NCBI GenBank assembly: GCA_964362545.1
Contig: CAYIEM010000001.1
Coordinates: forward strand, 17,424-81,423
Reading direction: 5' to 3'
From: an uncultured Candidatus Saccharibacteria bacterium
GTDB taxonomy: Bacteria > Patescibacteriota > Minisyncoccia > Phycocordibacterales > UBA9973
Length of the DNA: 64,000 bases
Part shown: positions 38,602 through 50,642 of the stretch, piece after piece
Layout of the letters: every line of letters begins with the position of its first letter
Numbering within the stretch: the first letter of the stretch is position 1
Made by a program: the position numbers and the translations under genes
Notes under the pieces: model-generated
Database searches by the model: none
What the model saw: only the letters and a program-made list of their open reading frames with translations
What the model was told of the DNA's origin: nothing

Positions 38602-38670
38602 GCAAAAACCGGAGAGAAGAAACCACGCGGATTTTTTTGTATTCTGGTGAACCGGGATTTTTGTCCGTTA

Positions 38671-39438
38671 CTAATTTGCCCAAATAACGAAAGTATAAGC
38701 TTTTTCGCCATTGCCAAAATCTCGCTCATACAAAGAGCTTCGCTTGTTTCTATCTTTAGATTCACGAACTTTCTTCCCCCATTCTGCTCTATCATCTAGA
38801 TCAACTGAAACATTCGCAGAAATAATTTTACTGAAAGATGTGTTCACTGTGTCTAAATGCGAATAGATGGATTCGAGTTGGTCATAATCATGTTGGTTTG
38901 GATGTTGGTTGCTTGTAGGGTCGTTGGTGTAATCCATGCATGTACCTAAATTCGCGTTACTAAAATTCTCGTCTTGATGGTCTAGGCCAAATGTATGACC
39001 GATTTCCTGACACATAACCAAGTTTCTCCAAGCGGTAGTGTTATAAGTCGGGGTGTTAAAATAAGTATCGTTGTTTTTGACAGTGCCTTGAGTAATATGA
39101 GAACCTGAAATCCAGATTTGGGCTATCCCCAACCAACCGTTATTGCCATATTTATTATTGCATACCTCCACTCTTCCTTTGGTCGGCCGGCAATTTTTAG
39201 GACTGCTTCGTCCGGCGATGACATTGGTATCAAGCACCGTGGACGCGCTCCAGTCACCGGAAGTCGTGACTAAAATAGAATCCCAAACACCGGATACATT
39301 GTCGCCAAGTTTGAGAGCAAAAGGATTTGCCGTTCGTGCCCAATGATAAGTACCCCAAGAATGATTGGCCTGAACTGTGCCAACAACAACAAACGCTAAT
39401 AGTACAACTATCCCTAAAATTATGCTATATTTTTTCAT
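38671..39438 (-). CDS. Secreted metzincin-like protein
   Basis: Signal peptide; CQEIGHTFGLDH followed by a Met-turn-like TCMDY. Confidence 0.75.
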   Translation of the reverse strand: MKKYSIILGIVVLLAFVVVGTVQANHSWGTYHWARTANPFALKLGDNVSGVWDSILVTTSGDWSASTVLDTNVIAGRSSPKNCRPTKGRVEVCNNKYGNNGWLGIAQIWISGSHITQGTVKNNDTYFNTPTYNTTAWRNLVMCQEIGHTFGLDHQDENFSNANLGTCMDYTNDPTSNQHPNQHDYDQLESIYSHLDTVNTSFSKIISANVSVDLDDRAEWGKKVRESKDRNKRSSLYERDFGNGEKAYTFVIWAN

Positions 39439-39477
39439 ATATCTATACTATACAACAATATTAATAAATTACCAGTA

Positions 39478-39924
39478 CTATTCTTTTCTTTCTAAATCCT
39501 CTTCAATGTCAGTTAAACGATGAGATATTTCTTTTACCTCCTTCTTTATTTCCCCTATCATTCCTGTTTCAGTTTTTATCTCCTCTTCCGTTTTTTCTTC
39601 CAGTCTTTCTTCTCCCCTTATTCCTGAGATTATAGCCTGACTGCCGATGAAATCGAAAACAAACAGCCCGGTGGATAATAGCAGGATCGATCCGATGGCT
39701 ATAGAGAGTGGTCCATCCCACCAGGGTAATGTGCCTAGGTCGATGGTTTCATTCTGCTGGAAAGTAAAAATTACTTCTGTTAAAAAATCAGCCGTGTGCC
39801 AAACGCCTCGCCAAAATATCACAATGCCGACTCCGCCTAGGAACGCGTACAGTATGGGATAGCGGGAAAGCTTCCCCCTGATTTCATCCTCGAGTTTATC
39901 AAAAAATCTATATATGCGCTTCAT
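39478..39924 (-). CDS. Membrane protein of unknown function
   Basis: Two TM segments, FWRGVWH motif, coiled-coil tail. Confidence 0.7.
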   Translation of the reverse strand: MKRIYRFFDKLEDEIRGKLSRYPILYAFLGGVGIVIFWRGVWHTADFLTEVIFTFQQNETIDLGTLPWWDGPLSIAIGSILLLSTGLFVFDFIGSQAIISGIRGEERLEEKTEEEIKTETGMIGEIKKEVKEISHRLTDIEEDLERKE

Positions 39925-39968
39925 GCTATGTATATATTATAGCAGAAATCCTATTTTGTAGTATTTCT

Positions 39969-41018
39969 TTACTTGCCTTCGCTGGAGTAATCTATGCTAT
40001 CGGTGATAACCAAGTTGCGGTTGCTAAAGTAATAATTGGCAACGAAAATCGCGCCAATAATGGCAAGAGCGATGAGTCCGTTTGTTAAGAGATCAGGATA
40101 CTGATGTTCAATCTTAATGAAAATATTTAAAAGTAAAGCAACCACGATTATCCCAAACATAATAAACAAAACAATATTCGTGGTACTGCGAGGCGAAGCA
40201 AGCATCTTTTGCCAGAAGGTAGGTTCGCTTGGAGTACTATTCGTCTCACTTAGCGTATCGCTCAGTACTTTTTCTTCCGTTTCCACTTCTACTGGTTGTG
40301 CCTCGGGAACCTCTTCTACATCTTCTGTATTGTTCGCAACCTCTACCCCTAGAACATTTATCGGCTCCTCCCTAGGTACACTGACTACCCTACTTACTGG
40401 TTCAACTGGAACAGTTTGGCTTACAGGTCGCTCAATATTTTCTACAATCGGATTAGCGTATACCTGTGCCACAAATATAGCCCTCTCCCCCTTATAAAAT
40501 CCTGTGGCTATCCCTGTTCCTACTTGTGTGTATTGATCTTTCACGATATTTGCTCGGTGAGTAGGGCTATTCATCCATGCATCCGTGACATCTTTCGAAT
40601 CATTAAAATTGACAGCCAGATTTTCTCCAGCATACTGGTATTTGTAACCAACCTTGGAAAGCCAGTACCAAGGAGTTATGCCTTCTGGACTTGTATGGGC
40701 AAAGTAACTTTTCGTAGCCATATCATTTGCCTTAAGTTCTGCGGCCTTGGTAAGCAGAGGGCTAATGGCAAGAGCAGAAAGATTTTGGGATTGTCGTTCT
40801 TCGTTTGCAAGACTAGCCAAAACTGCCGGGAGCACCGCTGCCATACCCCCTGTCATATTTATACGGGCTATAGTCGGTATTAAAAAGGTTATTACCTCTA
40901 AAACAATAACAAGAATAACAATATTGCGAATATTGTTACCGCGCAACACATATGGTCTGTGATCATTGCCTTCGTGCGGAATGAAATGCTTTTTGAACCA
41001 TTGATGCAAGCTTTTCAT
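39969..41018 (-). CDS. CAP/SCP-domain membrane protein
   Basis: YFAHTSP, AGENLA, WMNSPTHRANI. Confidence 0.88.
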   Translation of the reverse strand: MKSLHQWFKKHFIPHEGNDHRPYVLRGNNIRNIVILVIVLEVITFLIPTIARINMTGGMAAVLPAVLASLANEERQSQNLSALAISPLLTKAAELKANDMATKSYFAHTSPEGITPWYWLSKVGYKYQYAGENLAVNFNDSKDVTDAWMNSPTHRANIVKDQYTQVGTGIATGFYKGERAIFVAQVYANPIVENIERPVSQTVPVEPVSRVVSVPREEPINVLGVEVANNTEDVEEVPEAQPVEVETEEKVLSDTLSETNSTPSEPTFWQKMLASPRSTTNIVLFIMFGIIVVALLLNIFIKIEHQYPDLLTNGLIALAIIGAIFVANYYFSNRNLVITDSIDYSSEGK

Positions 41019-41051
41019 ATTTTTATATTATACACCAATTTAGATGGAATG

Positions 41052-41174
41052 TCAATGACTAACTCTCCTAGCCTTTTTCAAAAGCATGAGTCTCTTTATT
41101 TCAAGTCGCTTTTTGGTCTTATGGGAGTGCCTTGATTTTTTCTTTGGACTAAGTGTTGTGCCTCGTTTTGCCAT
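41052..41174 (-). CDS. Very basic 40-aa small protein (not in ORF track)
   Basis: MAKRGTTLSPKKKSRHSHKTKKRLEIKRLMLLKKARRVSH*. Confidence 0.55.
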   Translation of the reverse strand: MAKRGTTLSPKKKSRHSHKTKKRLEIKRLMLLKKARRVSH

Positions 41175-41256
41175 ATTATTTTTTTCTTTATTATTAATAA
41201 AATATATCAGACTATTTTAGTATACTTTAAATCTAAGAAATACCATAATCTATTTT

Positions 41257-43191
41257 CTATATGCCTTCTTTATTTCTTTTACTAGTTATGCCGACTAGAG
41301 TCAATATCATCATGATAATGACAACGACAATCACTACAACCACATAGAGATTGTCATTCTTAAGCAACCCAGGTTTATCAGCGCTCGCAGCTTCCGCGAT
41401 ATTGGTGTCTAAGAGAGTCACGGCTTCTGCAGTCTTAGTGAACAGATAAGGGGAACTCTTTGCAATAATATTTCCGGAATTATTAACTGTCGCAGTGTAG
41501 ATGGTATGGTCGCCATTTTCTAATTCTTTGTCTAATATATATTGCCACTCTCCCCTCTCATCAGTTTTAACGGTAACAATTATAGGCGTACTATATATGT
41601 ATAGAGTGACAAAACTATTCGGCAAGGCCTGACCCTTAATGACAACCTTTTTTTCTTCGGTCAACGTCATTTCTTTGACTTTGTATGTCAGAACTGTGAG
41701 CGCGCCAGACTCCACTGGCTCTTCTTTTTCTATCTTCACCAACTCAGTTTTAGCCGGATCAAACCCTAGTAAAACTTTCTCTGAGGCTCCAATATCTTTT
41801 CCTTCGTAGGTGGAAACAGGGGAAGGCGCGACAGGATTTATGTTGTAAACATATATGGAGTCATAATCGGAAATACCATCACTGTTGCTATCTTTGTAGA
41901 GAAGGTCGGCCTCTTGCCTCTTCAGTGGCAGAGACTGATTGCTTACCGCTTCAGATAACAAGTCCAAGGCCTCTGCCACATCCTCCAAATCTGTGTCATT
42001 CGTAGCTGTTTTGGAAATAGTAGTGGATTCGGAAGTGACTAATTCTATATATTTGATTGCTTCATTCATCTCTGTTTCCAATTCCTTGATATCCGTAGGG
42101 GTGACTATTGCTTCAGTAGACAAACTTTCGTCTACATTCTCTAAAAGCTCATCGCGCAAAGCGTTGATTTTAGTTGTATCAGTTTCCTGACTTGAACCTT
42201 CGTTATTTTCAATAATTTTCGTGACACTTTGATTAATTATCTTCTCCAACTCTTCTCTAGAATCATCCACCACATCTTGGTGATCTTCTACAACAATTCC
42301 TAGGTTTTGGATTTTTAGTGAAGAATCATTTATAAGCGGAGTGGGCGCAACGGTTGTTGTAGTTGTTGGGTCAATCCCTGCTGTAGTGCCCTTAGTACCA
42401 CTCGCAAACTCAGTACCTGTAGCACCTTGAAATGACACAATACTATCGTGTGGAGTAGTAACCTTGTGTAAATAAGCATACTCGGAACAGCCAATTTCCG
42501 GATAACAAGCTTTGATGCGATAGTCGTAGGTTCTCCCCGCTACCACAGTATTGTCATAGTAAGAAACAGCGCTTGCGCGTTTTATTTCAGCTAAATTGGA
42601 CCAGCTGGACTCGTCGCTCGACTTCCTGCTTATACTAAATCCGTACACATTGGCAGCTTTGTTTGTCCACTTTAAGGGAATGTATGTTGACGTCGGAGAG
42701 CCATTTAGCGACAAATTCTCTGGAGCAAGTGGAATAGTTTTTGTAGTGGTCAATTGAGTTGATGAAGATGGTTCTGTGCTACTGCCACTCGAAGTCGAGG
42801 AGGTGGTCGTCGTGGTTGTAGTCGTAGGTACTGTCGTAGTCGTGGGTGTATTAGTGGAATCTGTGCCGCTGGTATTTGAAACTGTATCTGTGGTCATGGG
42901 GGTATATGTCGTGGTAGAGCCAGTGTCACCACCACTACTTGAAGTCGTAGTCGTAGAAGTCGTGCGCGTTGTGGTGGAGCCGGTGCCGCTACCACCTGAT
43001 ATCCCTGATGTAGTGGACGTAGAAGTAGTATATGTGCTCGGTGTTGTATTAGTGTTGATACCGCCCAGGCTTGAAGTTGAATCCTCCGCAAGTATAATGC
43101 CCCAAATTACGGATAGGATTATCACAAAAACAACAGCTAAGATAATTTCTTCTATCCTCGTAGATAATAAGTTTGAAGTTCTTTTTTTCAT
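41257..43191 (-). CDS. Thr/Ser-rich surface protein with FN3 and Ig-like domains
   Basis: N- and C-terminal TM, T/S stalk, W...YDYRIKA FN3, G.A.PNS.VTLYIYS...G.H Ig-like. Confidence 0.8.
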   Translation of the reverse strand: MKKRTSNLLSTRIEEIILAVVFVIILSVIWGIILAEDSTSSLGGINTNTTPSTYTTSTSTTSGISGGSGTGSTTTRTTSTTTTSSSGGDTGSTTTYTPMTTDTVSNTSGTDSTNTPTTTTVPTTTTTTTTSSTSSGSSTEPSSSTQLTTTKTIPLAPENLSLNGSPTSTYIPLKWTNKAANVYGFSISRKSSDESSWSNLAEIKRASAVSYYDNTVVAGRTYDYRIKACYPEIGCSEYAYLHKVTTPHDSIVSFQGATGTEFASGTKGTTAGIDPTTTTTVAPTPLINDSSLKIQNLGIVVEDHQDVVDDSREELEKIINQSVTKIIENNEGSSQETDTTKINALRDELLENVDESLSTEAIVTPTDIKELETEMNEAIKYIELVTSESTTISKTATNDTDLEDVAEALDLLSEAVSNQSLPLKRQEADLLYKDSNSDGISDYDSIYVYNINPVAPSPVSTYEGKDIGASEKVLLGFDPAKTELVKIEKEEPVESGALTVLTYKVKEMTLTEEKKVVIKGQALPNSFVTLYIYSTPIIVTVKTDERGEWQYILDKELENGDHTIYTATVNNSGNIIAKSSPYLFTKTAEAVTLLDTNIAEAASADKPGLLKNDNLYVVVVIVVVIIMMILTLVGITSKRNKEGI

Positions 43192-43239
43192 TGCAATATA
43201 AGAATTTTAACTCAAATTAATAATAAAATCAATCCGCCA

Positions 43240-44628
43240 TTATGCCAACAACGGAAAAGAAACTATAAAATGAGAGCCGACCCCTTTTATGGATTCTACC
43301 GAGATGTTTCCATTCATTTCTTTTATCATCTTGAATGTTATCCAGAGACCCAGACCCGTCCCCCTTATGTCTTTCGTCTCCTCCGTTCTAATACGATAGA
43401 ATTTTTCGAACAGTCTTGTCTTTTCTTCCTCAGTCATACCCATCCCTGTGTCAATAACCCTTATATATAAACGCTCTTTTTCCTCATATTCTTTTACAAC
43501 AATCTCGCCCTTAATTGTATATTTGACAGCATTACCTATCAGGTTGACCAAAATCTGTTTTAAGCGATCCAAGTCAATATTTATGTATTGGTCCTTCTTC
43601 ATTTTTGATTTATCGAAAGATATTTTGAGTCCTTTTTCTTCGGCAGGTAAAGCAAAAGACGTGACCACTTTCTCAATTGTTTCGTTAGGATTTATTTTTT
43701 CCATTTTGAATATCATTCTCCCCTGGTCTATCCTAGATACATCCAAAATATCTGAAACAAGAAGGTCAAGCTCTTTGGTGGATATATCTATTTTGGATAC
43801 AAAATCTTTAGTCTTAGGGGAAAGCTCCGGAGCTGCGTTAATAAATTCCGCATACCCTCGAATAATGGTAAGCGGTGTTCGGAGTTCATGAGAAGCCATA
43901 GAAACGAAATCATCTTTCAGTTGATCTACTTCTTTTAATTTTTTATATAAATCCATATAGTCAATGATCTTGGAATGTCGGAAAAACAGAAAAAGAATCA
44001 GTAAGGTAACAATGAAAAGTAAAATTCGACTGTTCTTTATACTTCCCTCTATTGCTATGTCGGCCAAAGACAGGGTCTGTGTTGTCATGACAACCCCTAG
44101 AACATTTCCCATATCATCCGTGATAGCTCTAGCAGTTTTAAACAATCGCTCACCATTTTCATTGAGAGGCACGGTCATAGAGTTCTCAGGATCACTAGAG
44201 GCTAGGGTATATAAAAAGGAAGCTTGATAATCCCCTTCATCTATCTCTTCCTTATTGTCTGAAGCTATTATTATAAAAGGAGTAAGCCCCCCTGTTTCCT
44301 TGCTTTGACTAGCTATTGGTTTTCTTACAATTACCCTGAAACTTTTTATCGTTTCATTCGCGCTTATTATTTCTTCTATTTTTTTATTTAAATATTCTGG
44401 ATCTTCTATTTTATCCCCTGCAAAAGAAACGAAGGCGTCTTGGAGTGACCCCACGCGTACATTTATCAAACGCTCCTGCGCGTCATTTGCAATACCTATA
44501 AATCTATCAGCCATGAAGACGAAAGAACCTGTTATGAGCACAGCTACCACTACTGTGTATATGAGTTGAGGGTTGTCTGCTACTTTCTTAATTCCCTTTT
44601 TTAGGTTTGAGGAAAAGAAACTAAACAT
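43240..44628 (-). CDS. Membrane sensor histidine kinase
   Basis: SHELRTPL, NLIGNAVKY, DTG.G, GTGLGL. Confidence 0.93.
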   Translation of the reverse strand: MFSFFSSNLKKGIKKVADNPQLIYTVVVAVLITGSFVFMADRFIGIANDAQERLINVRVGSLQDAFVSFAGDKIEDPEYLNKKIEEIISANETIKSFRVIVRKPIASQSKETGGLTPFIIIASDNKEEIDEGDYQASFLYTLASSDPENSMTVPLNENGERLFKTARAITDDMGNVLGVVMTTQTLSLADIAIEGSIKNSRILLFIVTLLILFLFFRHSKIIDYMDLYKKLKEVDQLKDDFVSMASHELRTPLTIIRGYAEFINAAPELSPKTKDFVSKIDISTKELDLLVSDILDVSRIDQGRMIFKMEKINPNETIEKVVTSFALPAEEKGLKISFDKSKMKKDQYINIDLDRLKQILVNLIGNAVKYTIKGEIVVKEYEEKERLYIRVIDTGMGMTEEEKTRLFEKFYRIRTEETKDIRGTGLGLWITFKMIKEMNGNISVESIKGVGSHFIVSFPLLA

Positions 44629-44650
44629 ATTTTAATAATACCACATTGAT

Positions 44651-44685
44651 AGACAAAAAATCCCCTAAAAGGGGATTTTTTGTCT
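44651..44685 (-). terminator. groEL terminator
   Basis: agacaaaaaatcccct-aaa-aggggattttttgtct. Confidence 0.85.
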
Positions 44686-44697
44686 TATTCTTCTATT

Positions 44698-46344
<1,647 letters not shown>

Positions 46345-46683
46345 TTACTTTATAATCGCTAAAATATTTTCTTCCTTCAAAATAAGCAACTTCCTGCCGT
46401 CCATCCTAACCTCATCGTAGCCGTATTTAGAATAAATAACTTTGTCTCCGACTTTTACGCCCACAGGTATAAGCTCTCCGTCGTCATAGCGACCTTTCCC
46501 TACTGCTACGACCCTCCCTTCTTCTCTTTTTTCTTTATCTATGCCTTCGGGAATAAAAATTCCGGAAGAAGTCTTTTTGTGTGTATCACTACTATCTGTC
46601 TCGATGGGTTCAACCAATACCCTGTCACCGAGCGGAGTAATTTTGTTAAAAATTTTACTTTTTGTTTTGTTTTTTTCTTTCAT
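46345..46683 (-). CDS. groS: Co-chaperonin GroES
   Basis: PLGDRVLV, T.SGI.IP, VKVGDKV. Confidence 0.95.
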   Translation of the reverse strand: MKEKNKTKSKIFNKITPLGDRVLVEPIETDSSDTHKKTSSGIFIPEGIDKEKREEGRVVAVGKGRYDDGELIPVGVKVGDKVIYSKYGYDEVRMDGRKLLILKEENILAIIK

Positions 46684-46790
46684 TTTTGTTTGTAACCCCG
46701 AAATTATTCAATAAAAACGAGGTAAATTAGGTTTATAATTAAATCATAGAACCACTTCAAACCAATTAAAGCGCTTTTATGATACAGAGC

Positions 46791-46819
46791 ATTCTATAAG
46801 AAAAACTATCGCTTTGCAA
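46791..46819 (-). promoter_or_regulatory. Putative sigma70 promoter of groESL
   Basis: TTGCAA-17 bp-TAGAAT on the minus strand. Confidence 0.55.
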
Positions 46820-46822
46820 GGA

Positions 46823-47341
46823 CTAGTCCAAGATACTATCCCTGGCCTCTTTTAGAATCAACAGGTCTCGTACGTTTATGAACTTTCCTTCATAGTGTTC
46901 CAATTCTCTCTCGCTCTCTAGTGTTTTAATTGCATCATGTATACCCATCCACACTGTCTCAAATCCATCTTCAATCTCATCTGCTTCAAACTGCGATACT
47001 CCTTTCTCCCCGTCGAGATCTGCGGTAAAGCAAAAAGATAACTGGTGTAACGAAAAGTAATTTCTGAATTCCTCGACTATTCCGATTTCCTTTATGTTGA
47101 CAATCTTACAACCAATCTCTTCCGTAACTTCTCGTTTAAGCGTATCTAAGATATCCTCACCCTCTTTTGACCCTCCTCCTGGTAATTTATGATAACCCTT
47201 GTTTTTGATATAAAGTAGGGCAATATTCTTATTCTTGTCTGAAACTACCGCGCGCGAGGCCTTGCGTTCTTGGGTATAGAAAATTGGATCCTTAAGGTCT
47301 GACCCTAGATCTTTATCTTTTATTGTTTTTAGAATTTTCAT
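46823..47341 (-). CDS. Nudix hydrolase
   Basis: PGGGSKEGEDILDTLKREVTEEIG. Confidence 0.88.
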   Translation of the reverse strand: MKILKTIKDKDLGSDLKDPIFYTQERKASRAVVSDKNKNIALLYIKNKGYHKLPGGGSKEGEDILDTLKREVTEEIGCKIVNIKEIGIVEEFRNYFSLHQLSFCFTADLDGEKGVSQFEADEIEDGFETVWMGIHDAIKTLESERELEHYEGKFINVRDLLILKEARDSILD

Positions 47342-47393
47342 GTTAATTAAACGTTAAAACCAAACATTAAGACAGATATTTTTCGGATAATCT

Positions 47394-47861
47394 TTATTTC
47401 TTTTGCATGTATCCCATTTCTTCAAAAAACTCCTTGCCTCCCGGGATTTGCTCGACTTTCGACAACGCCTCTTTGTTAAACCACTTGGCTTCCACCAGGT
47501 CATCGCTCAGATGCAATTTGATATCATTTGCATTTTGGTCATCAATGTGAACTTCAAACCGATTGAATTCCATTTCGCACCAAACTTTCTCACCAGTGCC
47601 TTCTAGTGTTTTTTCACTGGCGCCTTTGCCAATTATCGGGATCCGAACTTTGGGGTAATTGGTTACATCTAGACCAACTTCTTCTTTTATTTCGCGAATT
47701 AAAGTTTGCTCCATTGTTTCTCCTTCTTTGATTCCCCCACCAGGTATATGCCAAGCATTGGGAAAAACGCCACCTTTGCTCGGGTCTTTCTTTCCCATCA
47801 AAATTTTCCCATCTTTACTGAAAATTATGGCAGAGACTATGGTTCTTTGAATGGTTCTCAT
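47394..47861 (-). CDS. Nudix hydrolase
   Basis: PGGGIKEGETMEQTLIREIKEEVG. Confidence 0.9.
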   Translation of the reverse strand: MRTIQRTIVSAIIFSKDGKILMGKKDPSKGGVFPNAWHIPGGGIKEGETMEQTLIREIKEEVGLDVTNYPKVRIPIIGKGASEKTLEGTGEKVWCEMEFNRFEVHIDDQNANDIKLHLSDDLVEAKWFNKEALSKVEQIPGGKEFFEEMGYMQKK

Positions 47862-47906
47862 GTGAGAGCTTTACTAGCAAGTACGGCCCTTGCTAGGGGC
47901 ATCCTT

Positions 47907-48269
47907 CTAATTTTTATTTCTGTAAAAATAATAAAGCGCGAGTGGCGCTGCCCAGTTGGCGAAACGTTCTATGAAATCCCATACCGGCAAACCTACCAGC
48001 GGGCGAACGAGAGCAGTCCAAAAGCCCCAAAATGCCATCCATAATAAGAGAGGACGAATCGGTTTCCAAAGCACAAGAATCGCCAATAATATATCGACTG
48101 CTCCCACCACCGTCATGAATATCGTGGCCGTCCCAGTATCTAGTCCGGTCAATTGCTCAGTCCATTTTATCCAATCTGGCTTGCCTAATAAAGCAAAGAC
48201 ACCATGGCCCAAAAACTCACCCGCTACGCCTATCCTCAAAACCCACTCCAACTTTTTTTCATTTGTCAT
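47907..48269 (-). CDS. Small DoxX-like membrane protein
   Basis: LRIGVAGEFLGHG, 3-4 TM segments. Confidence 0.7.
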   Translation of the reverse strand: MTNEKKLEWVLRIGVAGEFLGHGVFALLGKPDWIKWTEQLTGLDTGTATIFMTVVGAVDILLAILVLWKPIRPLLLWMAFWGFWTALVRPLVGLPVWDFIERFANWAAPLALYYFYRNKN

Positions 48270-48329
48270 AAATAAAATTATAAAAATAATTATGCTTTTA
48301 ATAGTTACATAACTATTGTAGCATGGAAA

Positions 48330-49030
48330 TTAAATTAATTCTTTTGCATAACGACAATCAAACACCCCTCCGCGCTGGACTACCAGACTCCTTAACTTAT
48401 CTTTCTGCCTATAGGTCACACCTCCTGCTAGAAAGAAATTTTTAATGTTGAACATTTCAGATAATTTAACTACATTTTGCTCAAAATTATTAGATACCTC
48501 TCTCTCTCCACTCATCATCGTTTAATTCTGAAATCTGCCTGTTTAGTCTTTTTCTAATATTATTTCCTCCACATTCTTGCTCAAACCTTCCTAAGTGTTC
48601 AGAATGGTTGAGTTTCTCTATAACAAAACTGTCTTTCTTTTTTTGAAATTTTGTTCCTCCTATGCCCGTGCCCTAAGCCAAATAAATATATTTTCCATCT
48701 TGCAAATCGTTATATAGTTCACTAAAAGACGCCAGAACAACGTCATTGTCCAAAAAAACAGGGCAGCCATGTCTTTCCATGAGTATTTTGGTAAATTCAA
48801 TATTTATCCACTCTGGCAAATGATTTGAACTAATAAGCACACTTTTATTATCACTTACTGTTCCAGCAATCCCAACAGCAATTGCCTTAAAGACTTTTTC
48901 TTTGCAGTTTTTGTCAAAAATTTCAAAAATCTTTTTTAAATCATCATCCAAATGATGAGATAATGGAAATTTTTCAACAGCAAAAAAATTAGAAACATCG
49001 TTTCTATCTGAATTTTATCTTACATTAGAT
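48330..49030 (-). pseudogene. ROK-family sugar kinase pseudogene
   Basis: GIAG, LDND, then YIYLA*GTGIGG (premature TAG), a frameshift in an AG run near 48500, and an eroded 5' end. Confidence 0.8.
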
Positions 49031-49156
49031 ACGATTATATTTAAGTTCGAACTTACTATAAGGTAGGAAAAATAATCTTTATAAAAAAAGCTTCAAATTT
49101 TGCTTCACTGGCTAGAGAATGTTAGGACCTGTTTTATAAAAAGACATTAGGATTAC

Positions 49157-49897
49157 CTATTTAATGAAACACTTTTCTTTGCGCTCTTCAGGTGTAAGCC
49201 CTTCATAATATTTCCAAATTGTAGGAGCAAATTCTTGCAGAGCTTTCTTGCATTCTTCTAACATACTATAAGCATGTTGCTCATCCACCCACCCTTGGCC
49301 AAGCATGTGTCTAGTTATTTCACTAACCTCTTTTCCTCCTTTGACAAATCCTTCTGCAGCTCTGGCCATCAATTCAGCTGAGGTCTTCGATTCTTTTATT
49401 GCATCCTCAAGAATTTGGAGTCCTTTAATTAGTTGTTGTTGGTTGGTCTTTGTATCTTTTTCAAAATCAAGCTCAAGATATGCAATTAGCATTCTTGGAA
49501 GAGAAAATCCTGGGAGTTTATTTAATGGTGCTAACCTTTCTTTATAGTTCTTTGGTACTGATTGTTCTTCATATTTAACAGGAGATTCGCCTTCCTTCCT
49601 TTCAACAGTTTCAGAAAATTCTTTAAACATTGCGTCGTTTTTGGAAGCTTCAATCGCGCGACTGATAAAGCCGAACCAAAAATTTACTTCGGCATATCGT
49701 GGCGTCATTTTTTCTGCTCCACCACGTTTACTTGATGGACTAGTTAGCTCGTCGACTACTGGACAACCATTATACCAACCTAAACGTCTCGCTTGCTCTT
49801 GTATGGGCAGTTTGAAAAATTCTTTATAATGCTTATTTATGTGGCCTATAAACGAACCTGTTCCAAATTTTAATTCTTCTAGGATTGGTTCTTTCAT
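49157..49897 (-). CDS. Hypothetical protein
   Basis: 246-aa ORF; TGTTAGAAT lies 6 nt before the ATG. Confidence 0.75.
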   Translation of the reverse strand: MKEPILEELKFGTGSFIGHINKHYKEFFKLPIQEQARRLGWYNGCPVVDELTSPSSKRGGAEKMTPRYAEVNFWFGFISRAIEASKNDAMFKEFSETVERKEGESPVKYEEQSVPKNYKERLAPLNKLPGFSLPRMLIAYLELDFEKDTKTNQQQLIKGLQILEDAIKESKTSAELMARAAEGFVKGGKEVSEITRHMLGQGWVDEQHAYSMLEECKKALQEFAPTIWKYYEGLTPEERKEKCFIK

Positions 49898-50112
49898 ATT
49901 TTTATTCTAACACAAGTTCGAACCCGACGAGGGGTATTAAAAATAACTATTATAAAATATGGCTAAAAAATTTGGCTCCATATAATAAACAAATTCAGAA
50001 CCTTAAATTGGGCCAAGATTAAAAGCGAGCTTGATTTTAGCGGGATTTTTAATCTGTTTCCGCAATTATCTTAAATCATGAATTATCCTATTTTGCGTCT
50101 TTTATATTTAAA

Positions 50113-50571
50113 TCATTTCTCTAGCTCCGTATACATCTTTATCCCCTCCAAGATACCAGAAGTGAAATATTTGGTCAGATCTATTCCTTCCAAATCCAAC
50201 CATTGGTAATCGGTGTGCTCGTGGTTTATTTTCACATCGCCTGTCAAATACTCGGCTTCAAAAAATAAATACAGCACATGAATATCTTTTCCTGTACGAG
50301 TCAAAGACGATGGTATAAGATGTCTGCCTGTTGCCACTGGCGATTTTGATTGTATGCGAAACTCGATATCGCCTATCTCTTCAGATATTTCTCTGGAAAT
50401 AATTTCAGAAAAATCTGTTTCGAATTCATCTATGTCGATTCTTCCACCTGGCACATCATAGTAGCCAGCATAGCTTCCATTGTCAACGGCTTTTAACGCG
50501 AGGATGTCTCCTTTGTTATTCTTAAGTAATAATTTAAGCGATATTTGATAAAAATCTCTTTCTTTTTTCAT
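50113..50571 (-). CDS. Nudix hydrolase
   Basis: PGGRID..E......ISREISEEIG; EHTDYQW. Confidence 0.85.
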   Translation of the reverse strand: MKKERDFYQISLKLLLKNNKGDILALKAVDNGSYAGYYDVPGGRIDIDEFETDFSEIISREISEEIGDIEFRIQSKSPVATGRHLIPSSLTRTGKDIHVLYLFFEAEYLTGDVKINHEHTDYQWLDLEGIDLTKYFTSGILEGIKMYTELEK

Positions 50572-50642
50572 GGATTCAGCGAACCATGGCAGACCCATTA
50601 GGATTAAGTACTTATAATCTAAATCATTATAGGTATATCCTA

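Noticed and set aside
42740-43090. Repetitive gtc/gta-rich DNA and the antisense Val-rich ORF 42776-43201
   Set aside because: Simply Thr/Ser codons of the surface-protein stalk
46684-46822. CIRCE element upstream of groES
   Set aside because: No TTAGCACTC-N9-GAGTGCTAA match
48540-48675. Apparent intergenic gap, or stop-codon readthrough at the TAG in the ROK gene
   Set aside because: The sequence continues as ROK coding (GTGIGG...) but also has a frameshift and a lost 5' end, so a pseudogene is simpler; other genes use TAG as a stop
49914-49937. tRNA gene
   Set aside because: Only a T-loop/acceptor-like fragment; no D-arm, anticodon arm or 5' strand
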